Positions 54,971 to 63,101 of a stretch of DNA of 64,000 nucleotides are shown piece after piece. This stretch comes from Candidatus Poriferisodalis sp. (lineage in GTDB: Bacteria; Actinomycetota; Acidimicrobiia; Acidimicrobiales; Poriferisodalaceae), in contig CBDDDL010000002.1 of the NCBI GenBank assembly GCA_965226645.1, positions 667,147-731,146 of the forward strand, written 5' to 3'. The position numbers and the translations under genes are program-made. How positions within the stretch are numbered: position 1 is the stretch's first letter; each line of letters opens with the position of its first letter. Below the pieces are notes generated by a model. That model was not told the origin of the DNA. It ran no database searches and saw only the letters and a program-made list of their open reading frames with translations.

Positions 54971-55099
54971 CTGCACCTACGAGCGGTGGGCAGACAGAGG
55001 TCACGATGACAGACCGCATGTGTGAGACAAAAGCCGACAGCCGCTGGTTGCTTGAGTTCGGCAAGACCCTCGCAAGCGCGGATTCGTTCCAATCGGAGG

Positions 55100-56400
55100 T
55101 ATAGGAGGGGCGGCGAACTCCATCGGTGGATGCTCCTATGTTTGTCAACTCCCGGTCTGTGCGAGGTGTCGCTGGTAGCGTTCGGCGAGGTCGCGGTTGT
55201 GGATGATGCCTCTTTCGAGTTCGGATATCCGGTTGGGTGCGGCTCCGAGGGCTCGGGCTGTCTGGTGGATGGTGAGCCCTCGTTGGGTGCGGTGGCGGCG
55301 CAGGTCCGCTCCGTGGGCGACGTCGGGCGGGTCGATGATCAGCTTGTAGACCTCGCGTGCGATGTGGCGTTTGAGGCAGCGGAGTATCTCGCGTCGGGTC
55401 TTGCCCTCGGCGGTGAGGCGGGCGGCGTAGGCGATGCTGCGCTCGTCGACGCGCAGGCGGACCATCGCGATGCGCCACAGTGCGTTGTTGGCCTGGCGGT
55501 TGCCGCCGCGGTTGAGCCGGTGGCGCACCGTTCGGCCTGAGGACGCCTCGATGGGGCTGGTGCCGCACAGGGCGGCGAAGGACGCCTCGCTGCGCAGCCG
55601 CTCGGGGTTGTCGCCGGCGGCGACGAGCAGCGCGGCCGCGGTCTCCGCGCCGACGCCGCAAGCGCCCAGCAGCGCCGGGTTGGCTCGTTCGCACAGGCGG
55701 CGCAGCTCGGCGTCGAGGTGCTTGATCTCCGCGGTGAGAGCCTGGTGGCGGCGGGCCAGGGAGCGCAGCGCCCGCTTGGCCGCAGAGCGGACGAGATCAC
55801 CGTGTGTGCCGGGCCGCATCCGGGCGCAGGCGGCGACGGTGCGGGCGGTGTTCAGTGCCCGCAGGCGGTCTTTGACGGGCTCGGGGGCGGTCACGACGAC
55901 AGCGTCGATCTGGTTGGCGGCGACGGTGCGGGCCTTGACCGCGGAGCGGCGCGCCACACGCAGGGTCCTGATCGCCTCGACGCATCCGTCGGCGCTCTTG
56001 GGCACCACTGCGGCACTGCCGTTGAGCGCGGCCCGCGCCGCTGGCTCCGCGTCGACGGTGTCGGTCTTGCCGCGGCGGCGGCGCATCTGGCGGTTCGGGC
56101 GGTTCACATCGACGACGTCGACGCCGGCAGCCGTGAGGTGCCGGGCGAGGCCCGCGCCGTAGGAGCCGGTTCCCTCCACGCCGACGCGCTCGACGCTGCG
56201 GTGGCCGCCGAGCCATCCCAGCAGCGCCGTGTAGCCGGCGGTGTCCGCGTCGAACGCGGCGCTGCCCAAGACCCGTCCGGCGCCGTCGAGGACGGCGGCG
56301 ACATGGGTGTGCTTGTGGGTGTCGACCCCGCCGAATACGGCGGGGCGGTCCTGTGTCATGATGGTGATGCCTCCTTGTGGTCATCTCACTGTCGGGGGCG
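55100..56400. mobile_element. IS110-family insertion sequence (bounds approximate)
   Basis: Contains the IS110-type transposase gene 55145..56359. IS110 elements lack terminal inverted repeats, so the ends are not delimited here. Confidence 0.5.
55145..56359 (-). CDS. IS110-family (DEDD) transposase
   Basis: N-terminal ..VFGGVDTHKHTHVAAVLDGAGRVLG.. C-terminal ..GVGAETAAALLVAAGDNPERLRSEASFAALCGTSPIEASSGRTVRHRLNRGGNRQANNALWRIAMVRL.. Confidence 0.85.
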   Translation of the reverse strand: MTQDRPAVFGGVDTHKHTHVAAVLDGAGRVLGSAAFDADTAGYTALLGWLGGHRSVERVGVEGTGSYGAGLARHLTAAGVDVVDVNRPNRQMRRRRGKTDTVDAEPAARAALNGSAAVVPKSADGCVEAIRTLRVARRSAVKARTVAANQIDAVVVTAPEPVKDRLRALNTARTVAACARMRPGTHGDLVRSAAKRALRSLARRHQALTAEIKHLDAELRRLCERANPALLGACGVGAETAAALLVAAGDNPERLRSEASFAALCGTSPIEASSGRTVRHRLNRGGNRQANNALWRIAMVRLRVDERSIAYAARLTAEGKTRREILRCLKRHIAREVYKLIIDPPDVAHGADLRRHRTQRGLTIHQTARALGAAPNRISELERGIIHNRDLAERYQRHLAQTGS

Positions 56401-56639
56401 CCACCGGCCGCGACGGCGGACAGAACACTCACGGTGTGGCTTACAAGGCTCCTATCGGGTCACATCCGTCGGGCCGGTCGGTGCGCGCCCCGCCGACCAG
56501 ACAAAGCCGACAGATCCACCGCAGGGCACCACGAGGGGCCGGTTGCAACTCGGGTCAGACCCTCTCCTGCCGACAGGGCCCAACCATTATGAGTGTTGCA
56601 AGTGAACGGTCATGATGACCGTTGCGAACACATGCAGCC

Positions 56640-57631
56640 GACCGATGGAGGTGTCAGTATGGCAGCGAGGCTGAGTTTGGATGAGCGGGTGTTATCGAGT
56701 CGTCGCTCGGGACGGGCCGCAGCGTCGCGGACGTAGCGCAGCGGCTGGGCCGTGATCCGTCGACGGTGCATCGCGAGCTGGCCCGCTGCGCCGGGCGGGC
56801 GGGCTATGACGCCCGCTCGGCGCACGCGTCGGCATGCGCGAGGACGCGACGAGAGCGAACGCCCAAGCTGGCGGCCGATCGGGTGCTGGCCGCCGCGGTC
56901 GATGAGCGCTTGAAGCTGCGTGGTCCCCGCACGCGACCGCGGCGGACCTGCGCGAGGCGGGCATGAGCGTGTGCGCGGAGACGATCTATCGGGCGTGCTA
57001 CGCGAACGACGCGCGCAGCGGCCTGCCCGCCGGCACCTGGGCGAAGCTGCCGCGGCGCGCCCGGCGCCGTCGGCCGCGCAGCGTCGCGCAGGCCCAAAAG
57101 CCCAGCCCGCTGGGGGAATACCGGCCGATAGCCGACCGGCCCGACGACGTCGAGGACCGTATAGAGCCCGGCCACTGGGACCGCGACCTCATCGTCGGCA
57201 AAGCGAACCTCACCGCCGCGGTCACCCTCGCAGAGCGCACCAGCCGCTACACGGTCACCGCAGCGCTGCCCGACGGCTACGGCGCGCCCCAGGTCGCCGC
57301 CGCGGCCGCCGCGGCGCTGGGCCGCCAGCCCGCAGCGCTCGTGCGCAGCCTCACCTGGGACCAAGGCCGCGAGATGGCCCGCTGGGCCGACGTCGAGGCC
57401 GCGCTCGGCATCGAGGTGTTCTTCTGCGAGCCGCGCTCGCCGTGGCAGCGACCCACCAACGAGCAGACCAACGGACTGCTGCGCCGATGGCTCCCCAAAG
57501 GCACCAGCCTCGACATCGGACAACTGCGGCTCTCGGTCATCGAGGACAACCTCAACCACATGCCCCGCCGACTCCACCACTGGACATCAGCACACGACAT
57601 CTACACTCAACTCACTTGCAACCACCGGTAG
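56640..57631 (+). mobile_element. Degenerate IS30-family element (transposase carries at least one frameshift in its N-terminal HTH region)
   Basis: ORF 56963..57631 has the IS30 DDE core (..GHWDRDLIVGK.. ..LTWDQGREMA.. ..FFCEPRSPWQRPTNEQTNGLLRRWLPKGTSL..). The upstream HTH part (MAARLSLDERVL.. / ..VADVAQRLGRDPSTVHRELAR..) is spread over three frames. Confidence 0.65.
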
Positions 57632-58044
57632 AGCTTGCCGGCCTTCGATCCATCATCTCGGTAGAGCTGAACGTTCCCGTCGTCGAACGAGAACAGCGTC
57701 GTGTCGCCTGCGCTGAGCCGTTCCAAGCCGATGCGAGCACTTCGCTTGTCGAAGCGGTTGTGCTCAATCTCGATGCGGTAGCGAAAGTTGTCGTCACCTA
57801 CAACAGCGTCAATCTCGACGACTTGGACTCGATCGTGCTGCCACATCGTCAGTGCGCTCGAGGGGAAGCAGGACGCTTCGGTGACCTTGGCCTCGCCCAG
57901 GAGCAGCTGCCGCACGGCGTAGACGACATCGAGTAAGGCGGTCTTGCCAGACCCGTTTGGGCCGAGCAACAGATTGACTTCGCCGAGTCGTAGCTCGAAG
58001 TTGACCAAGCACTTGTAGTTGTGCACGTAAACGCGCTTCAGCAC
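57607..58044 (-). pseudogene. ABC-like (AAA_21-type) ATPase, N-terminal fragment (Walker A)
   Basis: VLKRVYVHNYKCLVNFELRLGEVNLLLGPNGSGKTALLDVVYAV.. The track ORF 57607..58173 adds 43 spurious N-terminal codons that run into the displaced aquaporin repeat. The fragment ends at the junction with the IS30-like remnant. Confidence 0.6.
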
Positions 58045-58136
58045 GGAGTCAGAGTATCGCCCGGTGTCTTGGTGGAGGCTGCTGCGGTGCTGGGTCGTGG
58101 TTCTCGCCGTTGGCGCGGCTCGCACCGCATACCCGG

Positions 58137-58182
58137 GGCGCTGTGCGCCATCGGCGTGGCGCGGGTGACACACCCGGCGCGC
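58137..58182. repeat. 46-bp direct repeat, copy 2 (displaced aquaporin 3' end)
   Basis: Identical to 53904..53949. It lies 4.2 kb downstream, just before convergent hemB. Confidence 0.85.
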
Positions 58183-58212
58183 TAGCGGCTCGGCGGCGCT
58201 TCCGGCGGGCTG

Positions 58213-59193
58213 CTACTGCAGGGTCTCGGCGAACTCTCGGGCCAAGTAGGTGAGGATGAGGTCGGCGCCGGCTCGTTTGATGGCGGTGAGGTGCTCGACC
58301 GCTGTGGCGTCGCCGTCGATCCAGCCGTTGGCCGCCGCGGCCTTGAGCATCGCGTACTCGCCCGAGACGTGATATGCCGCCAGTGGCAGGTCGAATCTGG
58401 CCCGGGCAGCAGCAATGACATCGAGGTACGCCAGCGCTGGCTTCACCATGATGATGTCGGCGCCCTCGGCGATGTCCAACTCGATCTCGGTCATGGCCTC
58501 GCGGGCGTTGGCCGGGTCCTGCTGGTAGCCCTTGCGGTTCCCGCCGCCCGCAATCGTCACATCGACGGCGTCGCGGAACGGCCCGTACTCGGCTGAGGCG
58601 TACTTGGCCGAATAGGCCATGATCGGCAGGCTCTCGTGGCCGTTGCGGTCGAGCACCTGGCGGATTGCACCCACCTGCCCGTCCATCATCCCCGAGGGCC
58701 CCACCATGTCGGCACCTGCTTCGGCCTGGGCCAGCGCCACCCGCTGGTACAGCTCAAGCGTGGCGTCGTTGTCGACTTCGCCGTCATCGGTGAGCACGCC
58801 GCAGTGGCCGTGGTCGGTGTATTCGTCGAGGCAGAGATCGGCGATGATCGCCAGCTCGGAACCGTGGTCGTCTCGCAGGTTGTTGAGCGCAACTTGCACA
58901 ACACCGTCCGGGTTCCAGGCTTCGGAACCGACGGGGTCTTTGCGGGCGGGCAGTCCGAACAGGATCACGCCGCTGATGCCCATGGCGGCCAGCTCGCTGA
59001 CTTCCTTGCGCAGTGACTCCTGGGTGTGCTGCACGACGCCCGGCAGCGACACGATGGGCTGCGGCTCGGTTGCGTCCTCGCGCACGAACAGCGGGGCGAT
59101 GAGATCGTCAGGCGTGACGGTGGTCTCACGGACGAGCCGGCGCAGTGCCGGGGTCCGACGCAGGCGGCGCAGACGGCGAGCCGGAAAGGTCAC
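58213..59193 (-). CDS. hemB: Porphobilinogen synthase (delta-aminolevulinic acid dehydratase)
   Basis: ..ALRRLVRETTVTPDDLIAPLFV.. Active-site Lys regions ..IMVKPALAYLDVI.. ..YHVSGEYAMLKAAA.. 326 aa. Confidence 0.9.
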   Translation of the reverse strand: MTFPARRLRRLRRTPALRRLVRETTVTPDDLIAPLFVREDATEPQPIVSLPGVVQHTQESLRKEVSELAAMGISGVILFGLPARKDPVGSEAWNPDGVVQVALNNLRDDHGSELAIIADLCLDEYTDHGHCGVLTDDGEVDNDATLELYQRVALAQAEAGADMVGPSGMMDGQVGAIRQVLDRNGHESLPIMAYSAKYASAEYGPFRDAVDVTIAGGGNRKGYQQDPANAREAMTEIELDIAEGADIIMVKPALAYLDVIAAARARFDLPLAAYHVSGEYAMLKAAAANGWIDGDATAVEHLTAIKRAGADLILTYLAREFAETLQ

Positions 59194-59199
59194 CCCGTC

Positions 59200-59673
59200 A
59201 TGCTATTAGCGGATGATCGGCGTAGTTTCGGGACCGTGGTGATCGGGTCCGAGGAATGGTGCGCTGCCATGTCCGAGGTGCTTGCGGACGTGGAGCTACC
59301 GGAAGTTCGGGCCACAGTGGAGCAGCGGATCGGCGACGGCAATGGCGGGCCGGTGGTTGCCTACCGGCTGGTGATCGACGGCGGTCGGGCGCATCTGGAG
59401 CCAACGCCTGAGGATGTTGGCAGTGGTGATGACGGTGGCGTCGTGGTGATGAGTCAGTCACGGACCACCGCTGAAGCGGTGCGGAGCGGTGAACTCGGCG
59501 CGCTGGCTGCCCTGCAGGCGGGGCTGATCAAGGTCAGCGGCGACATGCGGGTGCTCATCACGGCCGCTGAGGCGTTGGCAGCCGTGGACGCGGCGCTGGG
59601 GCGAGCGCTCACCGGCGACGACGGGAATGGCGCTGACGGCCCAACCGGTGACGCCGGCGGCGACGAGGGCTGA
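59200..59673 (+). CDS. SCP2 (sterol-carrier-protein-2)-like domain protein
   Basis: ..GPVVAYRLVIDGGRAHLEPT.. ..AEAVRSGELGALAALQAGLIKVSGDMRVLI.. The start is uncertain; it could be the ATG at 59269. The track ORF begins at 59026 inside hemB. Confidence 0.55.
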   Translation: MLLADDRRSFGTVVIGSEEWCAAMSEVLADVELPEVRATVEQRIGDGNGGPVVAYRLVIDGGRAHLEPTPEDVGSGDDGGVVVMSQSRTTAEAVRSGELGALAALQAGLIKVSGDMRVLITAAEALAAVDAALGRALTGDDGNGADGPTGDAGGDEG

Positions 59674-59679
59674 GACGCC

Positions 59680-60687
59680 GTGCCGGAGATCCCTGAGATC
59701 CGGGCGCACGCTGAACGATTGGAAGCCCTGGCTGCCGGCGAGGTGCTGAAGCGCGTCGAGCCGCTGTCGTTCACCGCGTTCAAGACCGCCAGCCCGCAGC
59801 CGAGCGATGCAGTCGGATGGCCGCTGTGCAGCGTCGGCCAACGGGCCAAGTTTCTGCTGCTGCGGTTCGCTCCCCGGAGGCGGGATCCGGCCGGCGGGGG
59901 CGCCGGCAGCGGCGAGAGCATTGGCCATGACATGAGCGACAGCGACGACGGCGACACGGGCGACAGCCACGACGGCGACACGGGCACCGGCAGCGACGAG
60001 AGCATCGGCGACAGCGGGGGCGACAGGGGCGACGGCCTGACGTTTGTGGTGCATCTCATGCAGGGCGGACGGCTGCGAGTGCTCGAAACGGGTGCGAAGC
60101 GGCCGCGCCGTCCCCGCGACGGCTTGGCACGCATCGAGTTCGACAGCGGCTTGGGGCTGTTGCTCACCGAGCCCGGCACGCAGAAACGGGCCGGCGTGTG
60201 GGTGCTCGACGGGAATGCGGCCACAACCGAGCCAATCGTCGGGCTGGGACCCGAGGCCACCGAGTTGGACGCCGACGGCATGGCCGAGCTCATGACGGCA
60301 CATTCGGGGCGCTTGCACAACTTCCTGCGGGACCAGCGGGTGATCTCGGGGCTCGGGCGGCGGCTAGCGAACGAGATCTGTCACCGGGCGAAGCTGTCGC
60401 CGTTCGCTTCGGTGGGACGGCTCGACGCCGATGCCGTGGGGCGGATAGTGGCAGCCATCGGGGCCGTTGTCGACGAGTCGCTGGATTTCGAACGTGGGCG
60501 CTCGGAGATGAGCCGCTCAGCCGAGCGACCCTCGGCGGTGCACCGCCGCACGGGGGAATCCTGCGTGGCTTGCGATGACGTCGTACGAGCCGTTGAATAT
60601 CGCGATTACTCGGTCAATTACTGCGCCGGATGTCAAACCGGCGGGCGGGTGCTGGCCGACAACACCACGAGCAAGTTTCTGCGCTAG
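59680..60687 (+). CDS. Fpg/Nei-family DNA glycosylase with an acidic low-complexity insertion
   Basis: MPEIPEI.. N-terminal catalytic Pro. H2TH region. C-terminal zinc finger ..CVACDD..YCAGCQ.. About 50 aa of D/G/S/T-rich insert (..DSDDGDTGDSHDGDTGTGSDESIGDSGGDRGDG..) lie between N-domain beta strands. Confidence 0.8.
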   Translation: MPEIPEIRAHAERLEALAAGEVLKRVEPLSFTAFKTASPQPSDAVGWPLCSVGQRAKFLLLRFAPRRRDPAGGGAGSGESIGHDMSDSDDGDTGDSHDGDTGTGSDESIGDSGGDRGDGLTFVVHLMQGGRLRVLETGAKRPRRPRDGLARIEFDSGLGLLLTEPGTQKRAGVWVLDGNAATTEPIVGLGPEATELDADGMAELMTAHSGRLHNFLRDQRVISGLGRRLANEICHRAKLSPFASVGRLDADAVGRIVAAIGAVVDESLDFERGRSEMSRSAERPSAVHRRTGESCVACDDVVRAVEYRDYSVNYCAGCQTGGRVLADNTTSKFLR

Positions 60688-60734
60688 CGGCACCCCCCGG
60701 TGCTTGTCACAGGCGCCGGTTACGCTCCTGCGCC

Positions 60735-61406
60735 ATGAGCGAAACAGAGACTATGAAACTTGGACTGTCAGCCGACGACGTGCTGCGGACCACCCGGGCC
60801 GTTCGCAAGCGGCTCGACTTCGACCGGCCGGTGCCCGAATCGGTGCTGCGGGAATGTGTCGAGATCGCCGTGCAAGCGCCGACGGGGTCGAACATGCAGG
60901 GCTGGCACTTTGTGTTCGTCACAGAGCGAGAGAAGATCGAAGCCATCGCGGCGCTGTACAAGAAGGGCTTCGACTCGTACCGCAACAGCCCCATGTATGC
61001 GGGCCGGGTGGCGTCGGGCCTCGGGGCCGATCGTGACGCGCAGCAAGCTCGGGTGACCTCGTCAGCGGAATACCTGTCGGAGAACATGGGTCGCAGCCCG
61101 GTGCTGTTCATCCCGTGCATCTCGGGCCGTACCGACGATCCGCGGATGTTGATCGGCCAGGCCGGTTCGATCATCCCCGCCGCGTGGAGCTTCATGCTCG
61201 CCGCACGCGAACGAGGCCTCGGCACCTGCTGGACGACGCTGCACCTCGGCTACGAGGCCGAAGCCGCCGAGATCCTCGGCATCCCCTACGACAAGGTGCG
61301 GCAGTACGCGCTCAGCCCGATCGCATACACCCAGGGCACCGACTTCAAGCTGGCCACCCGGACCAATCTCGACTCGGTGATGAGCTGGAACACCTGGAGC
61401 CGCTGA
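60735..61406 (+). CDS. Nitroreductase-family protein
   Basis: ..RAVRKRLDFDRPVPESVLRECVEIAVQAPTGSNMQGWHFVFV.. The track ORF starts 35 codons upstream. Confidence 0.8.
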   Translation: MSETETMKLGLSADDVLRTTRAVRKRLDFDRPVPESVLRECVEIAVQAPTGSNMQGWHFVFVTEREKIEAIAALYKKGFDSYRNSPMYAGRVASGLGADRDAQQARVTSSAEYLSENMGRSPVLFIPCISGRTDDPRMLIGQAGSIIPAAWSFMLAARERGLGTCWTTLHLGYEAEAAEILGIPYDKVRQYALSPIAYTQGTDFKLATRTNLDSVMSWNTWSR

Positions 61407-61407
61407 G

Positions 61408-62190
61408 ATGGCCGCGCAGACGCCGTCAGAGCTGTTCGACCTGTCCGGGCGGGTGGCGGTGGTCACCGGCGGATCGCGGGGCATGGGCCGCGAGATCGTG
61501 CTGGCGTACGCCCGCGCTGGCGCCGACGTGGTGATCGCCTCACGCAAGCTTGAAAACTGCGAAGAGGTGGCCGACGAGGTGCGCTCCACGACCGGCCAGC
61601 GGGCGCTCGCGGTGGCATGCCATGTCGGCTATTGGGAACAGTGCGACGAGCTGTGCGATCGCGTCTACGACGAGTTCGGGCACTGCGAAGTGCTGGTGAA
61701 CAACGCCGGGCTGTCGCCGCTGTACCCGTCGCTGTTCGATGTCAGCGAGGCGCTGTTCGACAAGGTGATCGACGTGAACCTGAAGGGGCCGTTCCGGGCC
61801 TCGGCGGTGTTCGGCAAGCGGATGTACGAAGCGGGCAGCGGCTCGATCATCAATGTGAGCTCGGTGTCAGCAGTCATGCCGACGCCCAACGAGACGGCCT
61901 ACGGCGCTGCGAAGGCCGGCATCCACGCCATCACGGCGTCGTTCGCCCGCGAGTACGGCCCTCGGGTTCGAGTGAACTGCATCATGCCGGGGCCATTCCT
62001 GACGGACATCTCCAAGGCGTGGGACATGGACGCCTTCAACAAGCGGGCTGCAACGGACATCGCCCTGCGCCGCGGCGGCGAAGCCGCCGAGGTCGTGGGT
62101 GCTGCGCTGTACTTCGCGTCGGAGGCGTCGAGCTACACGACGGGTTCGGTGCTGAAGATCGACGGCGGCACTGCTTGGGCGATGGGCTGA
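61408..62190 (+). CDS. SDR-family oxidoreductase
   Basis: ..GRVAVVTGGSRGMGREI.. NNAG. Catalytic ..YGAAKAG.. Confidence 0.85.
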   Translation: MAAQTPSELFDLSGRVAVVTGGSRGMGREIVLAYARAGADVVIASRKLENCEEVADEVRSTTGQRALAVACHVGYWEQCDELCDRVYDEFGHCEVLVNNAGLSPLYPSLFDVSEALFDKVIDVNLKGPFRASAVFGKRMYEAGSGSIINVSSVSAVMPTPNETAYGAAKAGIHAITASFAREYGPRVRVNCIMPGPFLTDISKAWDMDAFNKRAATDIALRRGGEAAEVVGAALYFASEASSYTTGSVLKIDGGTAWAMG

Positions 62191-62220
62191 ACTGAACCGC
62201 AAACGAGAAGGAGATTCGCA

Positions 62221-63009
62221 GTGGGAACGACGAGACGACTGTCGAAGCTGAGCCGGTCGATTGAGGGGCGGGTGACGATGGTCACCGGCGCCGGCGCCGG
62301 TCAGGGCCGAGCCACCGCTCACCTGTTCGCTGACGAAGGCGCTCATGTCGCGGTGACCGACTTGGGTCAGGCCGACGTGGACGCCGTCGTGGCCGAGATC
62401 ACCGATGCCGGCGGATCGGCCGCGGGCTGGACGATGGATGTGGCGAATGCCGAACGGGTCCAGCAGGTGACCGACGAGGTGGCAGCACGGTTCGGCGGGC
62501 TGGATCACCTCATCAACAACGCGGGCATCTCACGGTTCTCGCCCATCGACGCGGATGAGTACGAGGACAACTGGGCCATCTCGTTGGAGGTGCTGCTGAC
62601 GGCGCACACCCGCACGATCCGCGCCGCGCTGCCCTATCTGCGCCAGTCTGATGCCGCCCGCATCGTGAACATCGCCTCCACCGAGGGCTGGGGTGCCACG
62701 AAGTTCGGCTCGCCCTACACGGCCGCCAAGCACGGCGTCATCGGGCTCACCAAGTCACTGGCCGTGGAACTCGGCCGTGAGGGCATCACGGTCAACTGCA
62801 TCTGCCCCGGGCCGATCAACACGGCGATGACCGCCGACATCCCCACCGAGCACAAGACGATCTTCGCCAAGCGCCGGACCGCGCTCGGCCGCTACGCCGA
62901 GCCCGAGGAAGTCGTCCACGGCACCCTCAACTTCTGCCTCCCCGCCAGCCAATACATGACCGGCGCCGTGCTCCCCGTAGACGGCGGCCTCCTCATCAAG
63001 AACGCCTAG
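62221..63009 (+). CDS. SDR-family oxidoreductase
   Basis: AAGGAG Shine-Dalgarno. ..GRVTMVTGAGAGQGRA.. NNAG. ..YTAAKHG.. Confidence 0.85.
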   Translation: MGTTRRLSKLSRSIEGRVTMVTGAGAGQGRATAHLFADEGAHVAVTDLGQADVDAVVAEITDAGGSAAGWTMDVANAERVQQVTDEVAARFGGLDHLINNAGISRFSPIDADEYEDNWAISLEVLLTAHTRTIRAALPYLRQSDAARIVNIASTEGWGATKFGSPYTAAKHGVIGLTKSLAVELGREGITVNCICPGPINTAMTADIPTEHKTIFAKRRTALGRYAEPEEVVHGTLNFCLPASQYMTGAVLPVDGGLLIKNA

Positions 63010-63101
63010 CTGCCCTCAGCATGCATTGAGGACAATCCGCGTATGGCTGAAGACGAGGAGTCGGACGCTTCGGACTAGTCGTCAGGCCAGGTTCGGCACC
63101 G

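Larger units (their letters stand above)
53950..58136. mobile_element. Inserted accessory segment (about 4.2 kb) between the 46-bp direct repeats. It carries a disrupted ABC-like (AAA_21-type) ATPase gene, an IS110-family element and a degenerate IS30-family element.
   Basis: Bounded by the exact 46-bp duplication of the aquaporin gene end. No integrase recognised inside. Confidence 0.55.

Noticed and set aside
55022-56605. + strand ORFs 55022..55540, 55434..56162 and 55718..56605
   Set aside because: Antisense to the IS110 transposase gene.
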